The notes: generated by a model from the sequence alone, not told the origin. A stretch of DNA of 64,000 bases from Patescibacteria group bacterium (GCA_963169655.1 CAUJCM010000002.1:1426-65425), one strand, 5' to 3'; counted from the first letter of the stretch, positions 18,401 through 29,100 are shown. Numbers and translations: made by a program.

Positions 18401-19707
18401 TGGAAAATAATTCAAATAACAATTTGGGTGGAAATAATGTGGCAGCAAATGATGTCCATGTAAAACTACAACAATTACAAGAGGCTATTTTGTCAGGAAA
18501 TATCCCTCAGATGGTATTAAATATTATTAGTTATGCTTTAGATTTAAGGTCTTCAGATATTCATATTGAACCTGAAACAAATACTGTAAGATTAAGGTAT
18601 AGAATTGATGGTGTTTTAAGACAAATAGTTGAATATCCATTAAATATTCATCCAGCAGTTGTCTCCAGAATCAAGATTATGTCAAATTTAAAAATTGATG
18701 AACAAAGGATTCCTCAAGATGGGAGAAGTGAAGTAACAACAAAGGATAATAGAGAAATGGATTTACGTGTTTCTACTCTACCTACTGTAAATGGAGAAAA
18801 GATAGTAATGCGTATCCAAGATAAATCAAGAAAAATCCCTGATTTACCTGAACTTGGGCTTGATGCTCATAATTTGGAAATGCTTCAAGATGCTCTTGCA
18901 TTACCCAATGGTATTTTACTAACTACTGGACCAACTGGTTCAGGAAAAACTACTACTTTGTATTCAGCGTTAAGTCGTTTAAATACAATTAAAGTAAATA
19001 TTATGACTATTGAAGATCCAGTGGAAATTCAAATGGATGGGTTAAATCAAAGTCAGGTTCATCCAGATATTGATTATACATTTGCTTATGGTCTTAGAAC
19101 AGCCCTTCGTCAAGATCCGGATATTATAATGGTGGGTGAAATTCGTGACCAAGAGACTATCCAAACTGCTATTGAGGCCTCATTGACTGGACATTTAGTT
19201 CTCTCAACCATACACACGAATAGTGCTGTAGAAACGCTAACTCGTATTGATAATTTAGGAGTACCTCCATTTTTAATGGCAGCAACTATTGAATTGATTA
19301 TCGCTCAAAGGCTTGTAAGAAAATTATGTCAAAATTGTAAAATTCAATTTAATCCTGAAACAGAGATGCTGAATAGAGTTAAAAAAGCTATTGATAAGAT
19401 TGGTACTCCAGGAATAGTTCCACCAAATTTAATAGAAAACCCTATTTTTTGGAAAGAAAATCCTGAAGGTTGTGCTGAATGTGATGGAATTGGATATAAA
19501 GGTCGTGTCGGTTTATATGAAATTTTGAGAACTAATAATGAAATTAGAAAAATGATCCTAGATAAAGCTTCACCACTTGATATTGAAGAAATAGCAATGC
19601 AAAAAGCTGGAATGATTACTCTTGAACAAGATGGAGTTTTAAAAGTATTACAAGGAATTACTTCTCTCGATGAAATTTATCGCGTAGCCAAGAGAATGGA
19701 ATTATAA
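18400..19707 (+). CDS. pilB: Type IV pilus/T2SS assembly ATPase (PilB/GspE family) lacking the long N-terminal domain
   Basis: Walker A GPTGSGKTTT, Asp box MTIEDPVE, Walker B DPDIIMVGEIRD, His box TGHLVLSTIHTN, and a tetracysteine motif CQNC...CAEC. Confidence 0.85.
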   Translation: MENNSNNNLGGNNVAANDVHVKLQQLQEAILSGNIPQMVLNIISYALDLRSSDIHIEPETNTVRLRYRIDGVLRQIVEYPLNIHPAVVSRIKIMSNLKIDEQRIPQDGRSEVTTKDNREMDLRVSTLPTVNGEKIVMRIQDKSRKIPDLPELGLDAHNLEMLQDALALPNGILLTTGPTGSGKTTTLYSALSRLNTIKVNIMTIEDPVEIQMDGLNQSQVHPDIDYTFAYGLRTALRQDPDIIMVGEIRDQETIQTAIEASLTGHLVLSTIHTNSAVETLTRIDNLGVPPFLMAATIELIIAQRLVRKLCQNCKIQFNPETEMLNRVKKAIDKIGTPGIVPPNLIENPIFWKENPEGCAECDGIGYKGRVGLYEILRTNNEIRKMILDKASPLDIEEIAMQKAGMITLEQDGVLKVLQGITSLDEIYRVAKRMEL

Positions 19708-19717
19708 TTAAAATATT

Positions 19718-21028
19718 ATGGCAGAAAGACAAACAAAAGGGTTTTATCAAGATGTTGAGGGGCAAGTATTTGAACTCAATAAAGATAATAAAAAAGATGA
19801 ACCAATATTAAAACTATCTGATAAGAAAGCTGAAATTGATGGATTTGTTTTAAATATTGGAGCTGATAATCAAAGTAGTACTCAAAAAATCTTTTTAAAA
19901 AAGAATTTTTCTACTTCAAAATTAACTGGAAATGCATTTTTAGATAGTTTTGTAAGATTAAATGATTATTTTGTTGAACATAGTAAGATTAAAGTAAAAG
20001 ATATGGCTGTATCTTTCAGACTTTTGTCTACAATGATCAATTCTGGCATTCCATTAATTAAGTCTTTAAATACTTTGGGAGTACAATCAGAAAAATCTCC
20101 AAAATTACAAAAAGTTTTATTTGACTTAGCCAGTCAAGTAGAATCTGGAAGTAGCTTGTCTCAGGCAATGAGTAAATATCCTGATGTTTACACTGAAGCA
20201 CAAATTGGAGCCGTTCAAGCTGGTGAAGCTTCTGGACAATTAAATAAAACTTTTAAAAACCTTGCTGAAGAAACAGAAAAGTCAGCATCAATTGCTGCAA
20301 AAGTTAAAGGCGCTTTGGTTTACCCAGTTGTAATTATTAGTATTATGGTGGCGGTTGTATTTTTAATGATGATTTTAGTAGTTCCTCAAATTTCTCAATT
20401 ATATGTTGATTCTGGAAAAGATTTGCCAATGGCTACTCAAATTTTAATTAAGTTAAGTAATTTAACAGTTGATTATTGGTGGTTAATGATTTTAATGTTA
20501 GTGGGATTTATTTCTGGAATTATTGCTTGGAAAAGGACAAAAACAGGAAGATATTATTGGGATTTAATGCTAATTAAACTTCCAATTTTTGGAGATTTAG
20601 TAATTAAATCGATTTTATCTAAATTTGCTTATGGATTTGGAAATTTATTGTCATCAGGTGTCCCTATTATTAAAGCAATGGAAATAGTTTCAGTAGCAGT
20701 AGGTAATGAGGTTTACAGAAAAAGGTTCTTGCTTACTGCTGAAGATATGAAAGGTGGTATTCCAATGGCCGAAAACTTATCAAATAGTAAATTATTTCCA
20801 ACAATGTTAGTAAATATGATTGAAGTTGGAGAACAAACAGCACAACTTGAAAATGTAACACAAAAAGTTGCAGAATTTTATGATGAAGAAGTGACAAACG
20901 CGGTAAATTCTTTGACTAAAATTATGGAACCGTTAGTAATTGTAATTGTAGGTATTACAGTTGGAGGACTTGTTGCAGCTATTATGCTACCTATCTTACA
21001 ATTAACAGATATGGCAAATGTAAGTTAG
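19718..21028 (+). CDS. pilC: Type IV pilus platform protein (PilC/GspF family)
   Basis: Two T2SS-F-like repeats, each followed by TM segments. Typical motifs include LSTMINSGIPL, LSQAM and EVGEQTAQLE. Confidence 0.85.
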   Translation: MAERQTKGFYQDVEGQVFELNKDNKKDEPILKLSDKKAEIDGFVLNIGADNQSSTQKIFLKKNFSTSKLTGNAFLDSFVRLNDYFVEHSKIKVKDMAVSFRLLSTMINSGIPLIKSLNTLGVQSEKSPKLQKVLFDLASQVESGSSLSQAMSKYPDVYTEAQIGAVQAGEASGQLNKTFKNLAEETEKSASIAAKVKGALVYPVVIISIMVAVVFLMMILVVPQISQLYVDSGKDLPMATQILIKLSNLTVDYWWLMILMLVGFISGIIAWKRTKTGRYYWDLMLIKLPIFGDLVIKSILSKFAYGFGNLLSSGVPIIKAMEIVSVAVGNEVYRKRFLLTAEDMKGGIPMAENLSNSKLFPTMLVNMIEVGEQTAQLENVTQKVAEFYDEEVTNAVNSLTKIMEPLVIVIVGITVGGLVAAIMLPILQLTDMANVS

Positions 21029-21114
21029 AGTTATCATTTAAAATTAAGTGACTTTTAAAAGTTCTTAATTTATGATAATATAAAATGATATATTAAAAAC
21101 TTAACAAAAATAAA

Positions 21115-22593
21115 ATGACTAGGACTAAAACAAATAATTTATTTAAGCTATTTTTAAGTGGAATAGCAATTGGAATTCTAAGTTTTTCTAATTTAACTCA
21201 AGCAGCCATAATTTATGATGGTGCTGAAACTTCAGGTGTAACCACCGATGACCAATATATTATTGATTATGATGATACATCAACAACAAATATTGCTTTA
21301 GAATTTGGTAGTTCTGGAATAACTTATTTGAGATACAATATTTCTGGAAATAAGTTTGAGTTTTCTCATGATGTAGATTTCCAATCTAACCAATTACTTA
21401 ATGCAAGAGTACAGAATGTTTCTGGTGTTGCAAATATACCAGCTTGTCTTGCTCCTACAGATGCTGGAAAAGTTATTTTTATAACAAGTACTTTTGTTAA
21501 TATTTTGCCTAATCAAACATTAACAGTTGATAATTATTATATTTGTAATACAGCTGGGAATTTATGGTTAAGTATTCCAACTGGCTTTAACCCTGGAGAT
21601 TATCTAAGATCAAATGATAATACTACTTATGTGGGTGGAGGTATTGGACAAAACACATTGGATTTTGGAAATGGAATTAATCCAGTAAATATTAATTTCA
21701 ATGATAATTCTACAGTTCATTTTGACTCTAATGCAGAGGTTGATTTGTCTAGAACTAGTGCAAATACATTTACATTTAACTATGATGCAGCAAATGGGGA
21801 CACTACTTCATTGGTATTTGGAGATGGTTCAGGAGTAATGACATTTAATGATACAACCGGACAATTTACTTTTAATAACAAGGTATTTATTGGTGGAGAC
21901 ACTACAATTTGGGGCAATTTAGATATGAATTTAAACCAAATTACTAATATGCGAATTGACAATGTAGGCTCTTTGCCTGCATGTAATGGTTCAAGTGTTG
22001 GTAGAATAGTATTTTTAACATCGGGTAATGTCGGTGAATATATTTGTGATGGATTTAATTGGATTAGAAATTCAATAGAAGGTACAACTGGAACACTTGA
22101 ATTTTCAGCTGCATTTAAAGATGGAGTAGTAAGACCTGATGGTACAAATAATGTGGGTACTATGACTCAAGATACAGATACAATAAATAATAAAAACTTC
22201 TATAGATGGACAACAAATAGAACTCCAGCTTTACATGATTTGGATATAGTAGTTGATGTAAGACTACCAGATGACTTCAAAGAATTTGCTTCAAGTAATA
22301 ACTTTGTATATGATTTCAGATCTACAACAATAAATCCAGCTCAAGCAAAGATGGATATTAGTGGAGTAGATACGGCTGGAGCACCTATTTCATTTACAAT
22401 TCCAGCAACTAATATTGTCCCTGGAGTTGCAAATACATGGACATCAACTAATAATAATATTAATGGAGGAACATTTAATGCTGGAGACAGAATGCAGTTA
22501 ACATTTAAATTATCTTCTAGAAATATTGGTGGAGGACCACACAATTTTGACCTTGCTAATTTTAGATTAAATTATATTAAGAAAGCTCAATAA
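21115..22593 (+). CDS. Secreted repeat protein, paralog of 23821..25179
   Basis: Signal peptide ending TQA. An internally duplicated module (L.FG....YLRYN...NKFEFS ... N.I.N ... P.C ... G+IVF+TS) is followed by a shared C-terminal Y+WTT domain. Confidence 0.7.
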   Translation: MTRTKTNNLFKLFLSGIAIGILSFSNLTQAAIIYDGAETSGVTTDDQYIIDYDDTSTTNIALEFGSSGITYLRYNISGNKFEFSHDVDFQSNQLLNARVQNVSGVANIPACLAPTDAGKVIFITSTFVNILPNQTLTVDNYYICNTAGNLWLSIPTGFNPGDYLRSNDNTTYVGGGIGQNTLDFGNGINPVNINFNDNSTVHFDSNAEVDLSRTSANTFTFNYDAANGDTTSLVFGDGSGVMTFNDTTGQFTFNNKVFIGGDTTIWGNLDMNLNQITNMRIDNVGSLPACNGSSVGRIVFLTSGNVGEYICDGFNWIRNSIEGTTGTLEFSAAFKDGVVRPDGTNNVGTMTQDTDTINNKNFYRWTTNRTPALHDLDIVVDVRLPDDFKEFASSNNFVYDFRSTTINPAQAKMDISGVDTAGAPISFTIPATNIVPGVANTWTSTNNNINGGTFNAGDRMQLTFKLSSRNIGGGPHNFDLANFRLNYIKKAQ

Positions 22594-22612
22594 TCATTAA
22601 TCATAATTATTT

Positions 22613-22641
22613 AAAAGGATGGTGAAATGCCATCCTTTTTT
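22613..22641 (+). terminator. Rho-independent terminator after 21115..22593
   Basis: Stem ggatgg (22617-22) / ccatcc (22630-35) with flanking A/T extension and a T-run at 22636-41. Confidence 0.7.
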
Positions 22642-22706
22642 GATCATTAAAAAACCCCATCTGTAAGAAAATGGGATTTTTCAAAACTTTCCTTTATTTA
22701 ATTTCC

Positions 22707-23711
22707 TTATGACTTTTTAGCTCTGATACTATCTGCTAATGCTTTAGCAGCATTTTTGGATTGATTTGCTAAATTTTGTACAGATATACTTATTCCCATC
22801 GCCTCATCAGATAAATTATAGGCATTCCCACATAATGTTAAAGCTCCATCTAAATCCCCTTTTTTAACTGCATCATAAGCTTTTGTTAAAGCCTCAAAAG
22901 CATCTACAACTTTAACAGCAGATTTGACAACATTTTCATTTGGATATTTTGTTAAAGTTTGATTTACTAAATTTTTTGCATTAGCAACATCTTGCAGGGC
23001 ATATTCGATCTTATCATCTTGTAAATCAATCATTAATTGTAATAATTGAGCTTCTGTTCTGCTTAAAAGCATTTGAGCTGGCCCACCTTTTACAACCAAT
23101 TCTAATTTATAGATTATATCAGCAACTTCTCCACGAGTTAAATCAGATGAAGGCTTGATATTTCCATTGGAATCTGGAGTAATTAAATTTAAATTTTTAG
23201 CAAAATCAAAATATTGAATATACCATTCAGAAGGGTTAGTGGTGTCTTTGTATAATGGTCTTGCAGGTAAGGCATAATTGACAAATTCTACCTCATAACC
23301 TAATTCCAACATTTTCAAAAATTCTGCTTTATTAACATTTCTTCCAGGAGCAAAAGTTCCATCAGGATTTCCTTTAATAATTTTCATTTCTTTTGCTGTT
23401 TCAACAAATGGGAAAAACCATGCATCAACTGGTACATCTGGGAAAGAGGATTTTGTATATTGTTTACCGTCTTTTTTTTTGGCAGTAAAAATCATTTTTA
23501 AAGCTTCAGCTCTATTAACTACTTGATTAGGTTTAAAAGTCCCATCATCATAACCTTGAATTATTCCATTAGATTTGAGTGATTCAATAGCTGTAAAATA
23601 AGGATTATTAATACTAACATCACTAAAAGATTGTGCAGTTGCAGTAATTAAAGAAAAGCTAAAAATTGAAATAGCTAATCCAATATAGAAAAGAGATTTA
23701 TATTTGTTCAT
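22707..23711 (-). CDS. Secreted SLH-domain protein with helical C-terminal region
   Basis: ATG at 23711 gives MNKYKSLFYIGLAISIFSFSLITATAQ, preferred over the TTG at 23738. Three SLH-like repeats precede an Ala/Leu/Lys-rich helical tail. Confidence 0.7.
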   Translation of the reverse strand: MNKYKSLFYIGLAISIFSFSLITATAQSFSDVSINNPYFTAIESLKSNGIIQGYDDGTFKPNQVVNRAEALKMIFTAKKKDGKQYTKSSFPDVPVDAWFFPFVETAKEMKIIKGNPDGTFAPGRNVNKAEFLKMLELGYEVEFVNYALPARPLYKDTTNPSEWYIQYFDFAKNLNLITPDSNGNIKPSSDLTRGEVADIIYKLELVVKGGPAQMLLSRTEAQLLQLMIDLQDDKIEYALQDVANAKNLVNQTLTKYPNENVVKSAVKVVDAFEALTKAYDAVKKGDLDGALTLCGNAYNLSDEAMGISISVQNLANQSKNAAKALADSIRAKKS

Positions 23712-23820
23712 TTTGATATTTATATTAAAGCTAGGCAAATTTTAATATAAAAAACTGTTTTAGCAAAGTGAAAGAGTCAATGAACTCAGATTTAATAAGT
23801 TCTTTTTAATTAATTGGAAA

Positions 23821-25179
23821 TTATCTGGACATATAATAAAGGACTAAATCTCCAACTCTAGCAAATTTACCTCCATTGATTGCTGAAAATTGAATATCAA
23901 ATTCAATATAAGTATTTGGAGTAAATGTTGGAGTTCCATTAAATGTGATATCAGAGTAATTCCAGAGGTCAGATCGTAAACCAGTAGCATTATTTAATAA
24001 GACTGCATTACCGTTAGAGTCTGTCATTGTAATATCAATTCTGTTATTTAAAACATTATTATCCTCAGTATTGAAATAAACTCTGATTGGATTTGGTGTG
24101 AAGCCAGTAAATCCTTCTGGTAATTGATATCTTACTTTCATATTCATAGTTTGTGTAGTAGCTTTACCAGTTGTCCATTGATAATAATGATATTTTGTAC
24201 CGAGATAGTCTTCGACTGAAGATAAAAGTCTTCCATTATTATCAAGACCTGATGGATTTAAAACTGTGTTTGGATACTCAGGAGTTAAACGAATTTCACG
24301 GTGAGTTGGCAAAATTGCAGTTGGCAGAATATTGGTGATAGTATTCATAGTTCCATCAATTGTAGCTCCGTAAATAGTAGCAGAGCCTGTAAAAGTTAAA
24401 TCGCCGTTGATATTTAAAGATTTGCTAAATTCAAAACGATTTAATGGATTATTGAATCTTAAATATTCACCTAAGGCATTACCAAATTGTAAAGTAATTA
24501 TATTTGCTGGAGCATTATTATCCATATCTAAAATAAATGTATTAGCATTAACTCCATCAGGTAAAACTCCATAAATTAGTTTTCCTGATCCATCAAGTAC
24601 TGGGATATTATTTGGGGTATTACTGGCATCTCTATTATCTACTGTATCCGCATTAATAGCATAAGGGACTGAATTAAATGGTTTTCTATCATTATTATCT
24701 GCTAAGTTTCCAGTAGGGTCTAATACTTCAAATGCAGTATTTGGAGCAACAGAGCTTTTGATATCTACTTCTAAAAATAGATGGGTTGAAGATGTAAAAT
24801 TAGGAAATACATTTTGGGAACCTAAATATACTGAAAAGATACCTTCTGCATTAGGTGTGACTGTGTGAGTTTCTTGCCAGCCGACATAATTTGGGGCAGT
24901 GATATCGATATCTCCTAAAGGATCAAAATCTGTATTTTGCCAATCTGCATCTTTCCAAAGAGAAAATCGGACTGTTTGAGGAGTTGTTATTGGATTTCCT
25001 GCATTATTAGTTAGTTTTGCAGTATAAGTGACTTGATATGGAGCAGTAGTGTTGGAAGCTGGTGGTGGAGGAGCAGCAAATACTTTTTTAACAAATGGGT
25101 TATTTGTTATCAGCGCTACTACAATAGCTAGTATTAACGGTAATAAACTTAATTTTAAAAAATGTTTACTTAATTTCAT
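23821..25179 (-). CDS. Secreted protein, paralog of 21115..22593
   Basis: ATG at 25179 gives MKLSKHFLKLSLLPLILAIVVALI, preferred over the TTG at 25197. It shares L.FG....YLRFN...NRFEFS and the C-terminal YYQWTT...LP.GF domain with 21115..22593. Confidence 0.7.
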   Translation of the reverse strand: MKLSKHFLKLSLLPLILAIVVALITNNPFVKKVFAAPPPPASNTTAPYQVTYTAKLTNNAGNPITTPQTVRFSLWKDADWQNTDFDPLGDIDITAPNYVGWQETHTVTPNAEGIFSVYLGSQNVFPNFTSSTHLFLEVDIKSSVAPNTAFEVLDPTGNLADNNDRKPFNSVPYAINADTVDNRDASNTPNNIPVLDGSGKLIYGVLPDGVNANTFILDMDNNAPANIITLQFGNALGEYLRFNNPLNRFEFSKSLNINGDLTFTGSATIYGATIDGTMNTITNILPTAILPTHREIRLTPEYPNTVLNPSGLDNNGRLLSSVEDYLGTKYHYYQWTTGKATTQTMNMKVRYQLPEGFTGFTPNPIRVYFNTEDNNVLNNRIDITMTDSNGNAVLLNNATGLRSDLWNYSDITFNGTPTFTPNTYIEFDIQFSAINGGKFARVGDLVLYYMSR

Positions 25180-25285
25180 TTTATTTTTGAATTGCAATCA
25201 ATTTATTATAGCAGATTTGAAGAATATTTAAAAGGTAAATCAAGTGAGTCTTATTTAATATAAAATATTTAAAATAAATAAAAAT

Positions 25286-25314
25286 TTGCAATATTTCTAA
25301 AATATGGGTAAAAT
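25286..25314 (+). promoter_or_regulatory. Sigma70-type promoter of the pilin gene (TTGCAA-N17-TAAAAT)
   Basis: Hexamers at 25286-91 and 25309-14, 36 nt upstream of the ATG at 25350. Confidence 0.5.
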
Positions 25315-25349
25315 ATACTTAGCTTAATATAAATAACCAAAATAAAAAT

Positions 25350-25847
25350 ATGAGCATGAAAATTAAAAAAGGTTTTACCTTAATTGAACTTTTGATCGTA
25401 ATTGCGATCATTGGTATTTTAGCGGTTGCGCTTTTACCTAATGTATTAGGAGCTCCAGCAAGAGCAAGAGATAGTGCAAGACAATCAGATATACTTCTTA
25501 TTGTAAGAGCTTTAGAAACATATAATGTGGATAAAGGTTCTTATCCGGCAGACTCTTTTTGTGTAAAAACAGGAGATGCAAAGCTACCAGCTACATTAGC
25601 TGATGATTACTTTAATGGTAAATTACCAGTAGACCCATCTGGAACTAGCCATACAAATTATACTGGATGTGACGGAGCTTATTATTATTGTAAATTAGAT
25701 GGATCTCCAAACCATTATGCTGTTATTGCAAAATTAGAGAATACGAACTCAAATAAATATGCTAACGATGCGATTACTGCTTGTGATGGAACAAAAGGCT
25801 TTGATGATTCCAAAACTGGAACAGACTTTTTTGCAGCTTTACAATAG
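25350..25847 (+). CDS. pilA: Type IV pilin (prepilin with class III signal)
   Basis: MSMKIKKG/FTLIELLIVIAIIGILA has the canonical G/FTLIE cleavage and methylation motif. The hydrophobic alpha1-N is followed by a globular domain with four Cys. Confidence 0.85.
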   Translation: MSMKIKKGFTLIELLIVIAIIGILAVALLPNVLGAPARARDSARQSDILLIVRALETYNVDKGSYPADSFCVKTGDAKLPATLADDYFNGKLPVDPSGTSHTNYTGCDGAYYYCKLDGSPNHYAVIAKLENTNSNKYANDAITACDGTKGFDDSKTGTDFFAALQ

Positions 25848-25868
25848 TCTATTCAAAAGTTTATAATT

Positions 25869-25897
25869 AAGAGGGCTTAAATTAGCCCTCTTTTTTA
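25869..25897 (+). terminator. Rho-independent terminator after the pilin gene
   Basis: Stem gagggct (25871-77) / agccctc (25884-90), then a T-run at 25891-96. Confidence 0.75.
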
Positions 25898-26009
25898 TTT
25901 GTATAATCATTTGATTAATTGGATGATTATTCATTCGATTAATCAATGTATATGAGAATAGAAAATAGATATATTTATAGTCAATAAGAAATACCCTTTT
26001 TTGGCTTAA

Positions 26010-26043
26010 TGTATAGGCGGTTGGGCTTTTTTTGTATAGGCGG
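26010..26043 (+). promoter_or_regulatory. Perfect 11-bp direct repeat TGTATAGGCGG x2 (23-bp register) upstream of the giant gene
   Basis: Copies at 26010-26020 and 26033-26043. They are GC-rich islands in an AT-rich spacer, immediately 5' of the extended -10 element. Confidence 0.6.
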
Positions 26044-26047
26044 AATT

Positions 26048-26056
26048 TGCTATAAT
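26048..26056 (+). promoter_or_regulatory. Extended -10 element TGcTATAAT, candidate promoter of the giant-protein operon
   Basis: TG-N-TATAAT lies 52 nt upstream of the GTG at 26109. The -35 position is a T-run. Confidence 0.45.
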
Positions 26057-26108
26057 TATTGGAGTTAAAAACAAAACTAAAAAAAGACAAAAATAAACAT
26101 TTTCTTTT

Positions 26109-29100
26109 GTGCAAAAGATTAAAAATAAAATCACAAAATTAATTAATTTAAATTTTAATAAATTAGCAAATACAAGGCATTTTTTATTAAAATTTATTAA
26201 ATTTTTAAATAAAGAAAGAAGTTTTTCTCTTTTAATTACTGCTTTATTTACTTTTAACTTATCAGCTCCAAGTGTTTTAGCCTTTTGGGATAATAATAAA
26301 TCATTAAACTCAAGTCCTTTCAAAACTCAAGTAGCTAAAGCTGCTGAAAGTATTTTTGGTAAATCGGGAGAAATACTACAACAATTTTCTACGAAATCTG
26401 AAGCTTTAAAATATCAACAAAATGCTAAAAGTAAACCACAATTTGATTTAATTGCTATTTTAGTTGATGAAGAAATTACTAAAAATTTAAAAGATTATGA
26501 TGGTTTAATTTCAAGTCATAATCCAAATGTCCCTAATAAACCAGAAGAAGCATATCGTAAGTTAAATGAGAAAACTTTAATGGATAGAATTGAAAGATAT
26601 GCCAAAGACATTCAGGGGATCAACAAAGTAATAGATCCAGTTCCATATCAAAAAACTGTAATTATCAAGGTAAAAAGAGATGAGCCGACTGAAAATATTG
26701 CAATGACTTTAGAAAAACTTTATCGAGAAGGTGATTCTACTTTAAATGAAAATAATAAATTAAGAGGAATTGTGATTATTGGCGAAGTGCCTCTCCCAGT
26801 CGTCAATAAAAATGGAAATCGTTTTGTCAGTTTATTCCCTTATACAGATTTTGACGATCCTTATTATATTTTCGATCAGGAAAGTGGAGATTTTGTTGTA
26901 AATGTGTCTAGTCAAGATCACAATGCTGAGATTTGGCATGGAATAATTGTTCCACCAGTTGATGGGGAAGAAGGAAATAAACTTTTGGCTGAATATTTTG
27001 ATAAAAATCACTTATTTAAAATTGGTGAAAAAGGTTATCAAGATTTTAACAAAGAAATTTTTTATAGTGATTTAAATAAAGAATTTCAATTAATGGGGAA
27101 AGAAGGTCTTCCTGCTTATTATAATTATTTAAAATATTGGGAAGATATCTCTTATTTTAGATTTAATAAAAATTGGCTAAAACTGTTATATGAAAATTCT
27201 TCTTTTGGAGGTGATGAAGGAGATGGAATTGATAATGATGGGGATGGAAAAATAGATGAAGATCCAGTTAATGGATATGATGATGATGGAGATGGGGAAA
27301 ATGGTAGTCCTCTTTTTGGATTAATTAATGGAGTAGATGATGATGGAGATGGAGTAATAGATAACGATGAAGAAGGTGTTTGGGGATTTTGTGGACCAAT
27401 ACCAGCAAAAGGACCTGTAAAATTACAAAATTGTAAAGTTCCAGGAATGCCTTATAAAACAGATAATTTTTATAATACAAAAGCTGGAAGTTATTATAAA
27501 GTTGCTGATGGAATTAATAATAACCCAGAAGAAAACGCTTTAATTGATGAAGGAATTGATGAGGACCCAGGTGATGCTATGAAAGGAATTGATAATGATA
27601 GAGATGGAAGAATTGATGAAGATGGAACAGATGATAATGATGCTGATGGAGATAAAAAAGTGGATGAAGATATGCCAGGAGATATGAATAAAGATGGGTG
27701 TCCAGGAGAATGTGGCGTAGATGAAAATTTAGATTCTATTGATAGCGATAATGATGGTTGGCCAGATGGTTATGAGAAAAAGTATGGGTCAATTAAGATT
27801 GGGGCTTCTCAATTTGGGGATTTGCTATCTGGAAATATGCCAAGTTTTAATACTCCGACTAATCCTCGTGATCCTTTTTCTTTTCCAACTATAGCAATTT
27901 CCTTTCCTGGACCAATTCCTACTATGTTTATTCCAAGATTTATTCCTTGGCCTAATTCTAATGAATGGGTGGATAATAGTATCTCTTTTGATGATGATGA
28001 AGATGGAAAAATAGATGAAGATGGGTTGGATGATAATGATGCAGATGGAGATGGTTTATTTGATGAAGATCCTGGAGACCCACTTGGTAATGACAAAAAA
28101 AACGCTGGCTCCCAAATATCTGAAGGATTACCAGATATTAAGTCAAAAGATGTAATTATGACTTATCTTAAGCAATATAATGAATTGTTTGATAATTTTT
28201 ATGCTGATGTAAATACATGGATAGCTGGGACTGGAAGATATGAAATTTCAGCTCCAAAAGTTGATGGAAGTAATAAATCTGATTTAAGAAGCTTTCCATT
28301 TTTAATTTCTGTAAAAGATGAATTTACAAGACTTTATTTAAAAGCTGTAAATGATGCAATTGAAAAAAGAGTTGATCAATATGTACAGAAACTACAGTAT
28401 GACATCCGCTTAATTAAAGGTTCTAATTTAAGTGGATATATTGTTTTAGATGATAGTTTAGGAATATTTCCTAATCAAAAAATAAAATTTAATGATATTA
28501 ATTTTATAAACTTTGGTTATAAAAATTCTGTATTCGCAAATAAAGTACACACTTTCTTAAATGATCCTATAATTAAAATATTCCTAAAATCAGCTCTACT
28601 AGGTAATCCAAATAAAGATAATATTAAAGATTTAAGAAACGAATTATTAAAAGATATGAAAGGATCAGTGACATCCACTACCCCAATTTATATTAATGGT
28701 AAGCCAATAGATTCTATTACTAATATTCAACAATGTAGCTTATATAGAGGTTCGGAAGGTATTGGAGAACAAAGTCAAATGGTTTATGCCAATACTCTCA
28801 ATGATGTATTTGGAAATTTAAATAAAGAAACTCCTCCAAGTATCCCAGAAAGCTGGAGATCAAAATCTAAAAATGAATTATTAGGAACGAGTGGTGAAGA
28901 TTATAAAAATGGTCTTTTTTATTGGTGGAATAATTCATCAGACTCACCAATGGTGAAATGGCTAAAAAAACAAAAAGCTTTAAACGAATCTTTTGCTGGT
29001 TGTTTTTATGAGAATAGTCAAAATCCAGATAGATGTTATGTAAGTCTTGCCACTCGATATATTTTTAGCTTAGGAGGGGCTATACAAGTTAAAAATATTC

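Noticed and set aside
22649-22681. Second hairpin (cccat/atggg) as terminator of the minus-strand SLH gene
   Set aside because: The stem is only 5 bp with a 10-nt loop, too weak to annotate with confidence. The stronger hairpin at 22613-41 may serve both directions.
25839-26323. Two minus-strand ORFs (25839..26114, 26006..26323) in the pilin/giant-gene spacer
   Set aside because: They run through a terminator, promoter elements and the 5' end of the giant gene. Their sequences are Phe/Leu/Asn/Lys-rich with no signal of function, and they are more plausibly non-coding regulatory DNA.
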